NCBI GenBank assembly: GCA_037969175.1
Contig: JBBKWX010000157.1
Coordinates: forward strand, 1-52,761
Length of the DNA stretch: 52,761 nt
From: Bacteroidia bacterium
Lineage (GTDB): Bacteria; Bacteroidota; Bacteroidia; AKYH767-A; JBBKVM01
Direction: 5' to 3'
The notes beneath the pieces are model-generated. The model was given only the letters and a program-made list of their open reading frames with translations, had not been told where the DNA came from and made no database searches. Made by a program: the position numbers and the translations under genes. Positions 40,137-50,676 of this stretch are shown here, piece by piece. How positions within the stretch are numbered: the first letter of the stretch is position 1; each line of letters begins with the position of its first letter.

Positions 40137-40907
40137 ATGAAAAGCAAGGAAGAAATAGTTACAAACTGGCTTCCCCGGTACACGGGTACCGAGCTGGGGT
40201 CATTCGGGAAATATATCCTGTTAACAAACTTCAACAATTACCTCAATTATTTTGCGGAAACGAATGGTGTTAAGGTAACCGGCCAAGATAAACCGATGCC
40301 AAATGCCACAGCCAATGGCATCACCATGATAAATTTCGGGATGGGTAGCGCGAATGCGGCTACTGTGATGGATCTCCTGAGCGCCATCAATCCCAAAGCC
40401 GTTTTATTTTTGGGTAAATGTGGTGGTCTAAAACGCAAAAATAAATTGGGTGATTTTATTTTACCTATTGCTGCCATTCGGGGCGAGGGTACATCCAATG
40501 ATTATATCCCACCTGAAGTGCCTGCACTGCCTGCCTTCAGTCTTCAAAAAGCAGTATCAACCACTATCCGGAATCATAATTTGGACTACTGGACCGGAAC
40601 GGTTTACACTACTAACCGGAGGGTATGGGAACATGATAAAGAATTTAAAAAATATTTGAGAGTAACCCGTTGTATGGGTATAGATATGGAGACTGCCACA
40701 ATTTTCACAGCGGGATTTGCAAATAAAATCCCAACCGGTGCATTACTCCTTGTTTCTGATCAACCTATGATTCCGGAAGGAGTGAAAACTGCAAAGAGTG
40801 ATGAGGTCATCACCAAAGATTTTGTTAAAAATCACATTCAGATAGGAATTGATAGTTTGAATGAACTACTTAATAACGGACTTACTGTAAAACATCTTCG
40901 TTTTTAA
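40137..40907 (+). CDS. amn: AMP nucleosidase (short Bacteroidota type)
   Basis: NWLPRYTG, INFGMGSANAA, LFLGKCGGL, IDMETATIF, LLVSDQP; ATG 40137. Confidence 0.93.
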   Translation: MKSKEEIVTNWLPRYTGTELGSFGKYILLTNFNNYLNYFAETNGVKVTGQDKPMPNATANGITMINFGMGSANAATVMDLLSAINPKAVLFLGKCGGLKRKNKLGDFILPIAAIRGEGTSNDYIPPEVPALPAFSLQKAVSTTIRNHNLDYWTGTVYTTNRRVWEHDKEFKKYLRVTRCMGIDMETATIFTAGFANKIPTGALLLVSDQPMIPEGVKTAKSDEVITKDFVKNHIQIGIDSLNELLNNGLTVKHLRF

Positions 40908-40913
40908 GCACCC

Positions 40914-41942
40914 ATGACTTTTGATCAAATCCTAAACGACCTGCGCAACAAGGTTTATCATCCTGTTTACTTTTTGATGGGTGAAGAGCCTTATTATATT
41001 GATGAGATCTCTGATCTGATAGAAGACCATGTATTGAATGACATGGAAAAAGAATTCAATCAGAGTATTCTGTATGGTAAAGATGTAGATGTAGCCACTA
41101 TCCTGAGTTATGCCAAGCGGTATCCCATGATGTCAAATTATCAGGTTGTGATAATTAAAGAGGCACAGTCTATCAAAGATCTGATCCGCAAGGAAGACAA
41201 AGAAGATGTCAAAGATCCCTTCCTGACGTATCTCGAAAATCCGCTACCATCAACGATCCTGGTTTTTTGTCACAAATATAAATCGCTTGACAAAAGGAGT
41301 AAAGTATATAAAGTCATCAGTAAAAAAGCTGTTGTTTTTGATAGCAAGAAAATTTATGATGATAAGGTATCCGGTTGGATCACTGCATTTGCAAAAACCA
41401 AAGGTTATCCGGTAAACCCAGCCGCAGCACAAGTCCTGGCTGATCATTTAGGAAATGATCTGAGTAGAGTTGCAAATGAAATGAAAAAACTTTTCCTTAA
41501 TGTAAAAAAAGGTGAAGAAATAAATGTAAAACACGTAGAAGAGAATGTTGGGATCAGTAAAGATTTCAATGTTTTTGAATTTAATAATGCGGTTGCAAAA
41601 AAAGATATCTTAAGAGCAAACAGGATAGCAGAATATTTTGGTTCCAATCCAAAAAGTAATCCGGCTATCGTGGTCCTTGCATCCTTGTTTGGTTTTTTCT
41701 CTAAGCTGATGATGTATCATGGTTTGAAAGATAAAAGCCAGTCGTCAGTTGCTTCCGGTCTGGGAATAAATCCATTTTTTGTAAAAGAATATACCGCCGC
41801 TGCCCGATTATATTCAGCAGATAAAACCATCCGGATAATATCTCTGTTAAGGGAGTACGATGCAAAACTAAAAGGGGTTGATTCTGTGAATGCCGACGAT
41901 GGAGAGTTATTAAGAGAATTGACCTGGAAGATCATCCACTAA
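40914..41942 (+). CDS. holA: DNA polymerase III subunit delta
   Basis: PVYFLMGEEPYYID, AKRYPMM, VIIKEAQ, GISKDFNVFE. Confidence 0.95.
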   Translation: MTFDQILNDLRNKVYHPVYFLMGEEPYYIDEISDLIEDHVLNDMEKEFNQSILYGKDVDVATILSYAKRYPMMSNYQVVIIKEAQSIKDLIRKEDKEDVKDPFLTYLENPLPSTILVFCHKYKSLDKRSKVYKVISKKAVVFDSKKIYDDKVSGWITAFAKTKGYPVNPAAAQVLADHLGNDLSRVANEMKKLFLNVKKGEEINVKHVEENVGISKDFNVFEFNNAVAKKDILRANRIAEYFGSNPKSNPAIVVLASLFGFFSKLMMYHGLKDKSQSSVASGLGINPFFVKEYTAAARLYSADKTIRIISLLREYDAKLKGVDSVNADDGELLRELTWKIIH

Positions 41943-41954
41943 AAAAGAAAAGTT

Positions 41955-42359
41955 ATGAATTATTGGTTAGTAAAATCTGAACCTTTCAAATATTCATGGG
42001 AGGAATTCATGAAAGATAAAAAGACCAGCTGGGATGGGGTAAGAAATTATGCCGCCCGGATTCATTTACGTGATATGAAAAAAGGTGATGAGGTTTTATT
42101 TTATCATAGTAATAAAGGACTCGAGGTAGTTGGGATTGCCAAAGTAGTTAAGGAATCGTATCAGGATCCTACTACAACGGATGAGCGTTGGGTAACTGTT
42201 GACCTTGCTCCTGTAAAAACGTTGAAGAAAACAGTTCCTTTATCCCTAATAAAAAAAGATGCAAGGCTACAGAATATAGCCCTTGTAAGAATAGGTAGAT
42301 TGTCTGTTATGCCACTGTTAAGGGAGGAATTTGATGTCATCCTGGAGTTAGGAAGTTGA
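41955..42359 (+). CDS. EVE domain protein
   Basis: YWLVKSEP, WDGVRNYAAR, FYHS, RLSVMP. Confidence 0.95.
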   Translation: MNYWLVKSEPFKYSWEEFMKDKKTSWDGVRNYAARIHLRDMKKGDEVLFYHSNKGLEVVGIAKVVKESYQDPTTTDERWVTVDLAPVKTLKKTVPLSLIKKDARLQNIALVRIGRLSVMPLLREEFDVILELGS

Positions 42360-42417
42360 AGCTTGTTCCTGCCTTTCAAAAAATTATCTTATTTTAGCGT
42401 TCCCATTTAGTAGATTC

Positions 42418-44736
42418 ATGAAACATATTCTTTTCAGGTTAACCCTGTTATCAGCATTATTTATGCTGACTTTTTCAAATTCAGCTTTTAGTCAAACAGC
42501 CAATTTCAGAGGGTTTGTCTACGATAAAGAAACTGCTGAACCCATCATTTTCTCAAATCTGATCTTCAAAGGCACTACCTATGGAGCTTCGACTGACTTG
42601 AATGGTTTTTTCAGTATTACCAAGATCCCGGCTGGAACTTATAATCTGATAGTATCTTATGTTGGATACGACACGATAATTAATCCGGTAACGATCAAAG
42701 ATGGTGAGATCATTACTAAAAAGTTCTATCTGCAAAAGAAAGCTTTCACATTAGAGACTTTCAATATATCAGCTGAGAAACAAGAAGCCAGAACTGAAGT
42801 TCAGGTTTCGGTGAATAAGATCACTCCGAAAGAAATGAGTCAGGTACCTTCTATTGGTGGTGAACCTGATCTGGCCCAATACCTGCAAGTGTTGCCGGGT
42901 GTCATCTTCACCGGTGATCAGGGAGGGCAGCTTTATATCCGGGGTGGAAGTCCGATACAAAATAAAGTATTATTAGATGGAATGATCATTTATAACCCCT
43001 TCCACTCTATCGGTTTATTCTCAGTTTTTGATAATGATATTATTCGTTCAGCGGATGTATATACCGGTGGTTTCGGAGCTGAATATTCTGGCCGTATCTC
43101 ATCTATCATGGATATCACAACACGTGAGGGAAATAAAAAGAGATACAGTGGTAAGATTTCTTCAAGTCCTTTTACTTCCAAATTAATGATAGAAGGCCCT
43201 TTAAAAAAGGCAACTGAAGGCGGGGGTGGCAATAGTTCTTTTGTGATCTCAGGTAAGACTTCCTACTTACAGGAAAGTTCAAAAATATTTTACACATATA
43301 TAGATACTGCAGGACTGCCCTACAATTTCAATGACATCTATGGCAAAGTATCCATGAATGCAGATAATGGCAGCAAGTTGAATATTTTCGGATTCAATTT
43401 CAGTGATAATGTTCGTTATAAGAATGTAGCTGATATAGATTGGAAGTCTACAGGTTTCGGTTCTAATTTCGTTTTGGTTCCGGGCGGATCTACTGCTTTG
43501 ATAGATGGTGCATTTTCTTATTCCAGTTATGATATAACTTTACAGGAAGCAAATCTAAAACCAAGAACAAGTTCTATCAATGGCTTTAATATGGGTCTTA
43601 ACTTCACCTATTTTATGGGTCAGGATGAAGTAAAATATGGTCTGGAAGTTTTAGGTTTCAGAACCAATTTTGACTTTTTTAATTCTGTAGGAAGAAATAT
43701 TTCTCAGGTTGAAAACACTACAGAGTTAGGTGGATATATTAAGTATAAGAAGATCATAAAAACGAAACTTATCATAGAACCCAGTCTTAGATTACACTAT
43801 TATTCCTCTCTTTCTGAATTCAGTCCTGAGCCCAGACTTGGGATGAAATTTAACATGAGAGATAATTTCAGATTGAAGTTTGCAGGAGGATTATATTCAC
43901 AAAACCTGATCAGTGCAACTTCAGATCGTGATGTAGTAAACTTGTTTTATGGATTCTTAAGTGGTCCGGATAATCTTCAATCAACCTTTGATGGAAAAGA
44001 TGTGACAAGCAAATTGCAGAAAGCGCGTCATGCGATCTTTGGATTTGAATACGATCTTCCCAATCACATGAGTTTAAATGTTGAAGGTTATATCAAACAG
44101 TTCAATCAACTGACGAATATCAACCGGGATAAATTGTATGATGATATTCCTGAAAACAATGCTCAGCCTGATTATCTTAAAAAAGATTACATCATTGAAA
44201 ATGGTGTTGCAAAAGGTATTGACGTAGTATGGAAATATGATAATAAGAAAGTATATCTCTGGGCTGTTTATTCCTTAGGTTTTGTTGACCGATTTGATGG
44301 AAGAAGAGATTATGTTCCGCATTTTGACAGAAGACATAACGTAAATCTGGTTGGAAACTACACATTCGGAAAACGTCTGGATTGGGAAGTAAGTGCAAGA
44401 TGGAATCTGGGATCCGGATTTCCTTTTACACAAACACAAGGATTCTATGAGTTCCTTCCATTTACCCAAGGTATTAACCAAAATTACACAACCGCAAATG
44501 GTAATCTGGGTATCATTTATGGCGATCTTAACGGAGGGCAACTTCCTTGGTATCATCGTCTTGATATCAGTATAAAAAAATCATGGGCCATTTCCAAGAA
44601 CTCCATTCTTGAAGCTAACGGTAGTATTATCAATGCTTACAACCGCCAAAATATTTTCTATTTTGATCGTGTCACTTATAAGCGTGTAGATCAACTTCCC
44701 GCTCTACCAAGTGTAGGTGTCAGCATGACATTCTAA
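42418..44736 (+). CDS. TonB-dependent receptor with carboxypeptidase-regulatory-like N-terminal domain
   Basis: Signal peptide; plug motifs LPGV, LYIRGG, LLDG, GGFGAEYSGRISS; C-terminal F. Confidence 0.92.
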   Translation: MKHILFRLTLLSALFMLTFSNSAFSQTANFRGFVYDKETAEPIIFSNLIFKGTTYGASTDLNGFFSITKIPAGTYNLIVSYVGYDTIINPVTIKDGEIITKKFYLQKKAFTLETFNISAEKQEARTEVQVSVNKITPKEMSQVPSIGGEPDLAQYLQVLPGVIFTGDQGGQLYIRGGSPIQNKVLLDGMIIYNPFHSIGLFSVFDNDIIRSADVYTGGFGAEYSGRISSIMDITTREGNKKRYSGKISSSPFTSKLMIEGPLKKATEGGGGNSSFVISGKTSYLQESSKIFYTYIDTAGLPYNFNDIYGKVSMNADNGSKLNIFGFNFSDNVRYKNVADIDWKSTGFGSNFVLVPGGSTALIDGAFSYSSYDITLQEANLKPRTSSINGFNMGLNFTYFMGQDEVKYGLEVLGFRTNFDFFNSVGRNISQVENTTELGGYIKYKKIIKTKLIIEPSLRLHYYSSLSEFSPEPRLGMKFNMRDNFRLKFAGGLYSQNLISATSDRDVVNLFYGFLSGPDNLQSTFDGKDVTSKLQKARHAIFGFEYDLPNHMSLNVEGYIKQFNQLTNINRDKLYDDIPENNAQPDYLKKDYIIENGVAKGIDVVWKYDNKKVYLWAVYSLGFVDRFDGRRDYVPHFDRRHNVNLVGNYTFGKRLDWEVSARWNLGSGFPFTQTQGFYEFLPFTQGINQNYTTANGNLGIIYGDLNGGQLPWYHRLDISIKKSWAISKNSILEANGSIINAYNRQNIFYFDRVTYKRVDQLPALPSVGVSMTF

Positions 44737-44754
44737 ACAAACATCAATAAATTT

Positions 44755-44789
44755 AAATCCTTCTGAAATTTTCAGGAGGATTTTTTTTT
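44755..44789 (+). terminator. Intrinsic terminator
   Basis: ATCCTTCTGAA-AT-TTTCAGGAGGAT followed by a T run. Confidence 0.8.
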
Positions 44790-44900
44790 ATATCATGAAA
44801 CTCATACCCAGCCTAAGTTTAGTTGTATAAACATTTTGATATTTTATCATTCTGAAAATAGCCTCGATAATTTTCCGTAATATTACATCCCGTCTGGTAG

Positions 44901-46544
<1,644 letters not shown>

Positions 46545-46610
46545 ATCATAATTCTATTGTGGCATTACCAAGGATAATGGTATCTTTGCCGCCTAAATTT
46601 TTATTCCAAC

Positions 46611-48467
46611 ATGGATCGTAATTCCATCATTGGATTAAGCCTTATTGGCTTGATCCTTCTCACATTTAGCTATCTGAACCGTCCAAGCACGGAGGAAGTT
46701 GAAAGATTCAGTCAGCAACAAGATTCGATTGCTTTGATCACCAAAGCAAATGAGATCGAAGCAGTGAAAACACAATCGGAAATAATTCAAGACAGTCTCC
46801 CTGCAGTTGTAGAAAATGACTCTATTGCGATTGAAAACCAGAAACAACAGTTGGGTAGCTTTGCCTCTTCAGCTGCAGGTGAAGAGACTTTCACAACGCT
46901 TGAAAATGAATTGTTGAAAGTAACCTTTAGTAATAAAGGTGGCAGAATGGTTTTTGCTCAACTGAAAAAGTACAAAACTCATGATTCATTACCTGTCATC
47001 CTTTTCGAAGGTGAGGATAGTGAAATGGAATTGAAATTCTTTGCTCAGAACAGAACTATTTCAACCGGCAATTTGTATTTCAAAACACTGGGTGAATCGA
47101 AAAATATTAGCGGAGAAGAATTGGCCACCATCACCATGAGGTTGGAGGTTCAGCCCGGGAGTTTTATCGATCAGATCTATACGCTGAAAGGAAACTCATA
47201 TCTGGTAGGATATAATGTGGTAATGAAGGGGATGCAGGATATTATTGCGCCCAATATCAGTACCATAGAACTGGATTGGAAGCTAAAAGCTCGCAGACAT
47301 GAGTTAAGCAGGAAGAACGAGATTGATAATACCTCTGTATATTATCGATTTGCAGAAAATGATGTTGATGAACTTTCAATTGGAGAAGATCCGGAACAAG
47401 AAACGCTTAAGACAAGTGTAACATGGGTTGCCTTTAAACAGCAATTCTTCTCTTCTGTATTGATCTCAGACTCAGGTTTCGATAAACCTACAACCGTCAG
47501 TGCCGATCCTGAAGCAGATGAGAGTTATGTAAGAAATATGGCAGCAACTTTTTCTTTGCCTTTCAATCACAAATCTGAAGAAAACATTGAAATGCGTTTC
47601 TATCTGGGACCTAATCATTACCAGACCTTAAAAAGTTTTGATCTGGATCTTGAGAAGCTCATCCCGCTGGGTTGGGGGATCTTTGGCTGGGTTAACAGAT
47701 ATCTGGTTATTCCGGTCTTCAATTTCCTGAACAGCTTTGACCTCAATTTCGGATTGATCATATTGATCCTCACCTTGTTCATTAAAGTCCTGATACTCCC
47801 GCTGACTTATAAAGCCTATCTGAGTTCTGCCAAAATGAAGGTGCTTAAACCGGAAATCGATGAATTATCGGCCAAGTTTAAAGAAGAGCCCTTAAAGCTT
47901 CAGCAAGAGACCATGGGCTTGTACAAGAAAGCCGGAGTCAATCCACTTGGAGGCTGTATCCCAATGCTGCTTCAATTCCCTATACTGATCGCCATGTTCC
48001 GCTTCTTCCCTGCAAGCATTGAGCTGAGGCAGGAAAGCTTCTTATGGGCACATGACCTTTCAACTTACGATAGCATCCTGGATCTGCCATTTACAATCCC
48101 ATTCTATGGGGCACACGTGAGTTTGTTTACATTGCTGATGACTATTTCTACTTTGCTTTACACGAAGTATAACAGTAGCATGACGGGCAGTATGAATCCG
48201 CAAATGAAATGGATGATGTATCTGATGCCGGTGATGTTCCTTGGCTTATTCAACAATTTCGCAGCAGGTTTGAGTTATTATTACTTCTTATCTAACGTGA
48301 TTAGTATTGGACAACAATTTGCTATCAAGGGGCTTGTGAACGAAGATGAGATCCACCGCAAGATCCAGGAGAATAAGAAAAAACCTCAAAGCAATAAGAA
48401 ATCTAAATTTCAGCAGCGACTTGAGGACATGGCAAAACAAAAAGGCATCAATGCTCCAAAAAAATAA
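46611..48467 (+). CDS. yidC: Membrane protein insertase YidC
   Basis: N-terminal TM, periplasmic domain, GWGIFGW, NPLGGCIP, FLWAHDLS; -7 element TATCTTTG at 46581-46588. Confidence 0.97.
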   Translation: MDRNSIIGLSLIGLILLTFSYLNRPSTEEVERFSQQQDSIALITKANEIEAVKTQSEIIQDSLPAVVENDSIAIENQKQQLGSFASSAAGEETFTTLENELLKVTFSNKGGRMVFAQLKKYKTHDSLPVILFEGEDSEMELKFFAQNRTISTGNLYFKTLGESKNISGEELATITMRLEVQPGSFIDQIYTLKGNSYLVGYNVVMKGMQDIIAPNISTIELDWKLKARRHELSRKNEIDNTSVYYRFAENDVDELSIGEDPEQETLKTSVTWVAFKQQFFSSVLISDSGFDKPTTVSADPEADESYVRNMAATFSLPFNHKSEENIEMRFYLGPNHYQTLKSFDLDLEKLIPLGWGIFGWVNRYLVIPVFNFLNSFDLNFGLIILILTLFIKVLILPLTYKAYLSSAKMKVLKPEIDELSAKFKEEPLKLQQETMGLYKKAGVNPLGGCIPMLLQFPILIAMFRFFPASIELRQESFLWAHDLSTYDSILDLPFTIPFYGAHVSLFTLLMTISTLLYTKYNSSMTGSMNPQMKWMMYLMPVMFLGLFNNFAAGLSYYYFLSNVISIGQQFAIKGLVNEDEIHRKIQENKKKPQSNKKSKFQQRLEDMAKQKGINAPKK

Positions 48468-48493
48468 TCTGTACAAAATTGTACTTTTATAGC

Positions 48494-49051
48494 ATGAAAA
48501 GCAAAAACATCTTCTTCCTAACGTTTTCGATATTGCTGAGTCTAAGCTTTTTAAGCGCTTGCAAAACAACAACAGATACAACAGATCCTGTATTGGTGGC
48601 AACCGAGGATACTCCGGCCATTTCCCATGAAGCTTCTGAAGTGGATGATACTCCTATATCTCCAATGAAGAATGACAGTTTATTGTTGTCTATGGAAAGA
48701 ACTCCATGTTACGGAACTTGTCCTACTTATAAATTTCATATTTACAAGAACGGATATACTGAATATGAAGGAATCCGATTTGTGAATAAAGAAGGAATGT
48801 TCTATACCATCTTATCAAAGGAACAACTTAAGAAAATCACAGACAGGGCCAAGGAGATCAAATTCTATTACTTTAAAGATGAATATATAGATCGCAACAT
48901 GACCGATTTCCCTACAACCATAATAAAATATAACCTTGAAGGTAATATGAAAACAGTGTTGGACGGCCATAATGAAACGCCACGTGACCTGAAGGAATTT
49001 GAGTTATTCCTGGATCAGATAATAGACAACTCCGTTTGGATGAAAAAATAA
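48494..49051 (+). CDS. Lipoprotein, DUF6438-like
   Basis: Lipobox LSAC; ERTPCYGTCPTY and TDFPT motifs; ATG 48494. Confidence 0.75.
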   Translation: MKSKNIFFLTFSILLSLSFLSACKTTTDTTDPVLVATEDTPAISHEASEVDDTPISPMKNDSLLLSMERTPCYGTCPTYKFHIYKNGYTEYEGIRFVNKEGMFYTILSKEQLKKITDRAKEIKFYYFKDEYIDRNMTDFPTTIIKYNLEGNMKTVLDGHNETPRDLKEFELFLDQIIDNSVWMKK

Positions 49052-49069
49052 ACTATTAAAATTTAGTAT

Positions 49070-49100
49070 AAAGCCCAATCATTGATTTGGGCTTTTTTTT
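49070..49100 (+). terminator. Intrinsic terminator
   Basis: AAAGCCCAATC-ATT-GATTTGGGC-T8. Confidence 0.8.
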
Positions 49101-49146
49101 GATTCCTGCCTTGATTTCGGTAAATTTGTATCCTAAATAAAAAATT

Positions 49147-50241
49147 ATGTCACAAGATTTTTTGCCCCTGAAAGGCACAGACCATGTAGAATTTTATGTT
49201 GGAAATGCCAAGCAAAGTGCATATTACTACCAACATTCATTTGGTTTTGAACTGGTAGCTTATGCAGGCCCTGAGACCGGTATTCGTGACAGAGCGTCTT
49301 ATGTTTTACAACAAGGCAAACTACGGTTTGTACTGACTACTCCATTAAATCCCGAATCTGATATTGCAAAACATATTGCATTGCATGGAGATGGTGTAAA
49401 AGTTTTGGCACTTTGGGTGGATGATGCCGAGAAATCATGGTTGGAAACAATGAAGCGTGGTGCTGTAAACGCAGGCGAATTGAAGGTTCTGAGTGATGCA
49501 GATGGCGAAGTGAAGACTGCATCTATCTGCACTTATGGAGATACCATACATACGTTTGTTGAAAGAACGAATTACAAGGGTGTTTTTCTGCCCGGTTATG
49601 TTCCAATGAGCGCAAAAGTTAAAAGTAAGCCTGTAGGCTTTGAATATGTCGATCATTGTGTAGGTAATGTGGAACTGGGAAGGATGAATGATTGGGTCAA
49701 GTTTTATGAGGATGTGATGGGCTTCAAAACTATCATCACTTTTGATGATGAAGATATCTCAACTGAATACACTGCATTGATGAGTAAAGTTGTTTCGAAT
49801 GGAAATGGCTTTATCAAATTCCCGATCAATGAACCTGCAGAAGGAAAGAAGAAATCTCAGATCGATGAGTATCTTGAATTCTACAGAGGTGCCGGTGTAC
49901 AACATATAGCAATAGTAACAAGTGATATAATTGATACTGTATCTGAATTGCAAAGCCGTGGTGTTGATTTCTTAACAGTACCCGGAACGTATTATGACGA
50001 ACTCCTTGAGCGTGTTGGTAAGATCGAAGAAGATCTTTCGGATCTGCGAAAATTAGGGATCCTGGTTGATCGTGATGAAGAAGGATATTTACTACAGATC
50101 TTTACCAAACCTGTTGAAGACCGCCCTACTCTTTTCTTTGAGATCATACAGCGCAAAGGAGCAAAATCATTTGGAAAAGGGAATTTCAAAGCTTTATTCG
50201 AAGCAATTGAACGCGAGCAAGCATTAAGAGGGAATTTATAA
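49147..50241 (+). CDS. hppD: 4-hydroxyphenylpyruvate dioxygenase
   Basis: HGDGV, DHCVGNV, PINEP, GVQHIA, LLQIFT, FEIIQRKG, FGKGNFKALFE; -7 element TAAATTTG at 49121-49128. Confidence 0.98.
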   Translation: MSQDFLPLKGTDHVEFYVGNAKQSAYYYQHSFGFELVAYAGPETGIRDRASYVLQQGKLRFVLTTPLNPESDIAKHIALHGDGVKVLALWVDDAEKSWLETMKRGAVNAGELKVLSDADGEVKTASICTYGDTIHTFVERTNYKGVFLPGYVPMSAKVKSKPVGFEYVDHCVGNVELGRMNDWVKFYEDVMGFKTIITFDDEDISTEYTALMSKVVSNGNGFIKFPINEPAEGKKKSQIDEYLEFYRGAGVQHIAIVTSDIIDTVSELQSRGVDFLTVPGTYYDELLERVGKIEEDLSDLRKLGILVDRDEEGYLLQIFTKPVEDRPTLFFEIIQRKGAKSFGKGNFKALFEAIEREQALRGNL

Positions 50242-50261
50242 TCCCAACTTCAAAATAGATA

Positions 50262-50306
50262 AAATGAAAAGTCCTGATCAAACATGTTGATCAGGACTTT
50301 TCATTT
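50262..50306. terminator. Bidirectional terminator between hppD and thx
   Basis: Long perfect stem AAATGAAAAGTCCTGATCAA / TTGATCAGGACTTTTCATTT. Confidence 0.85.
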
Positions 50307-50329
50307 ATTACTTATTAAATAAAAGAACC

Positions 50330-50593
50330 TTATTCGGCCTTTTCACTTTCTTCTTTTTTGGTTGCTGCTTTTGCTGCAGGTTTTTTAGTTGCAGTTTTTG
50401 CTTTTGTTGCTTTCTTAGCCGGTGCAGCTTTCTTTTCAACAGTTTCTTCTGCAGCTTCAGCTTTTACCTTTGCAGGTTTAGCTTTTGCAACATTTTCATC
50501 CGGCTTGTAGATCGTCTTTTTCTTTTTTCTAAGCTTTCCGTATGAACCTGCGATTAATTTACCAAGTCTTGTTTTTATATCTCCTTTACCCAT
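50330..50593 (-). CDS. thx: 30S ribosomal protein THX with Lys/Ala-rich C-terminal extension
   Basis: MGKGDIKTRLGKLIAGSYGKLR matches the THX pattern GKGD.KT..GK...GS.G..R. Confidence 0.88.
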   Translation of the reverse strand: MGKGDIKTRLGKLIAGSYGKLRKKKKTIYKPDENVAKAKPAKVKAEAAEETVEKKAAPAKKATKAKTATKKPAAKAATKKEESEKAE

Positions 50594-50676
50594 AATTATT
50601 TTTGAATTTTATTATTAATATTTGATGACTAATCCTATTAAGCCTCAAGTTAAATAAATTTTAACACAAACACATA

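Noticed and set aside
39648-42359. HsdR_N plus EVE as a restriction/defence system
   Set aside because: No helicase, hsdM or hsdS; both are stand-alone domains embedded in the housekeeping amn-holA context.
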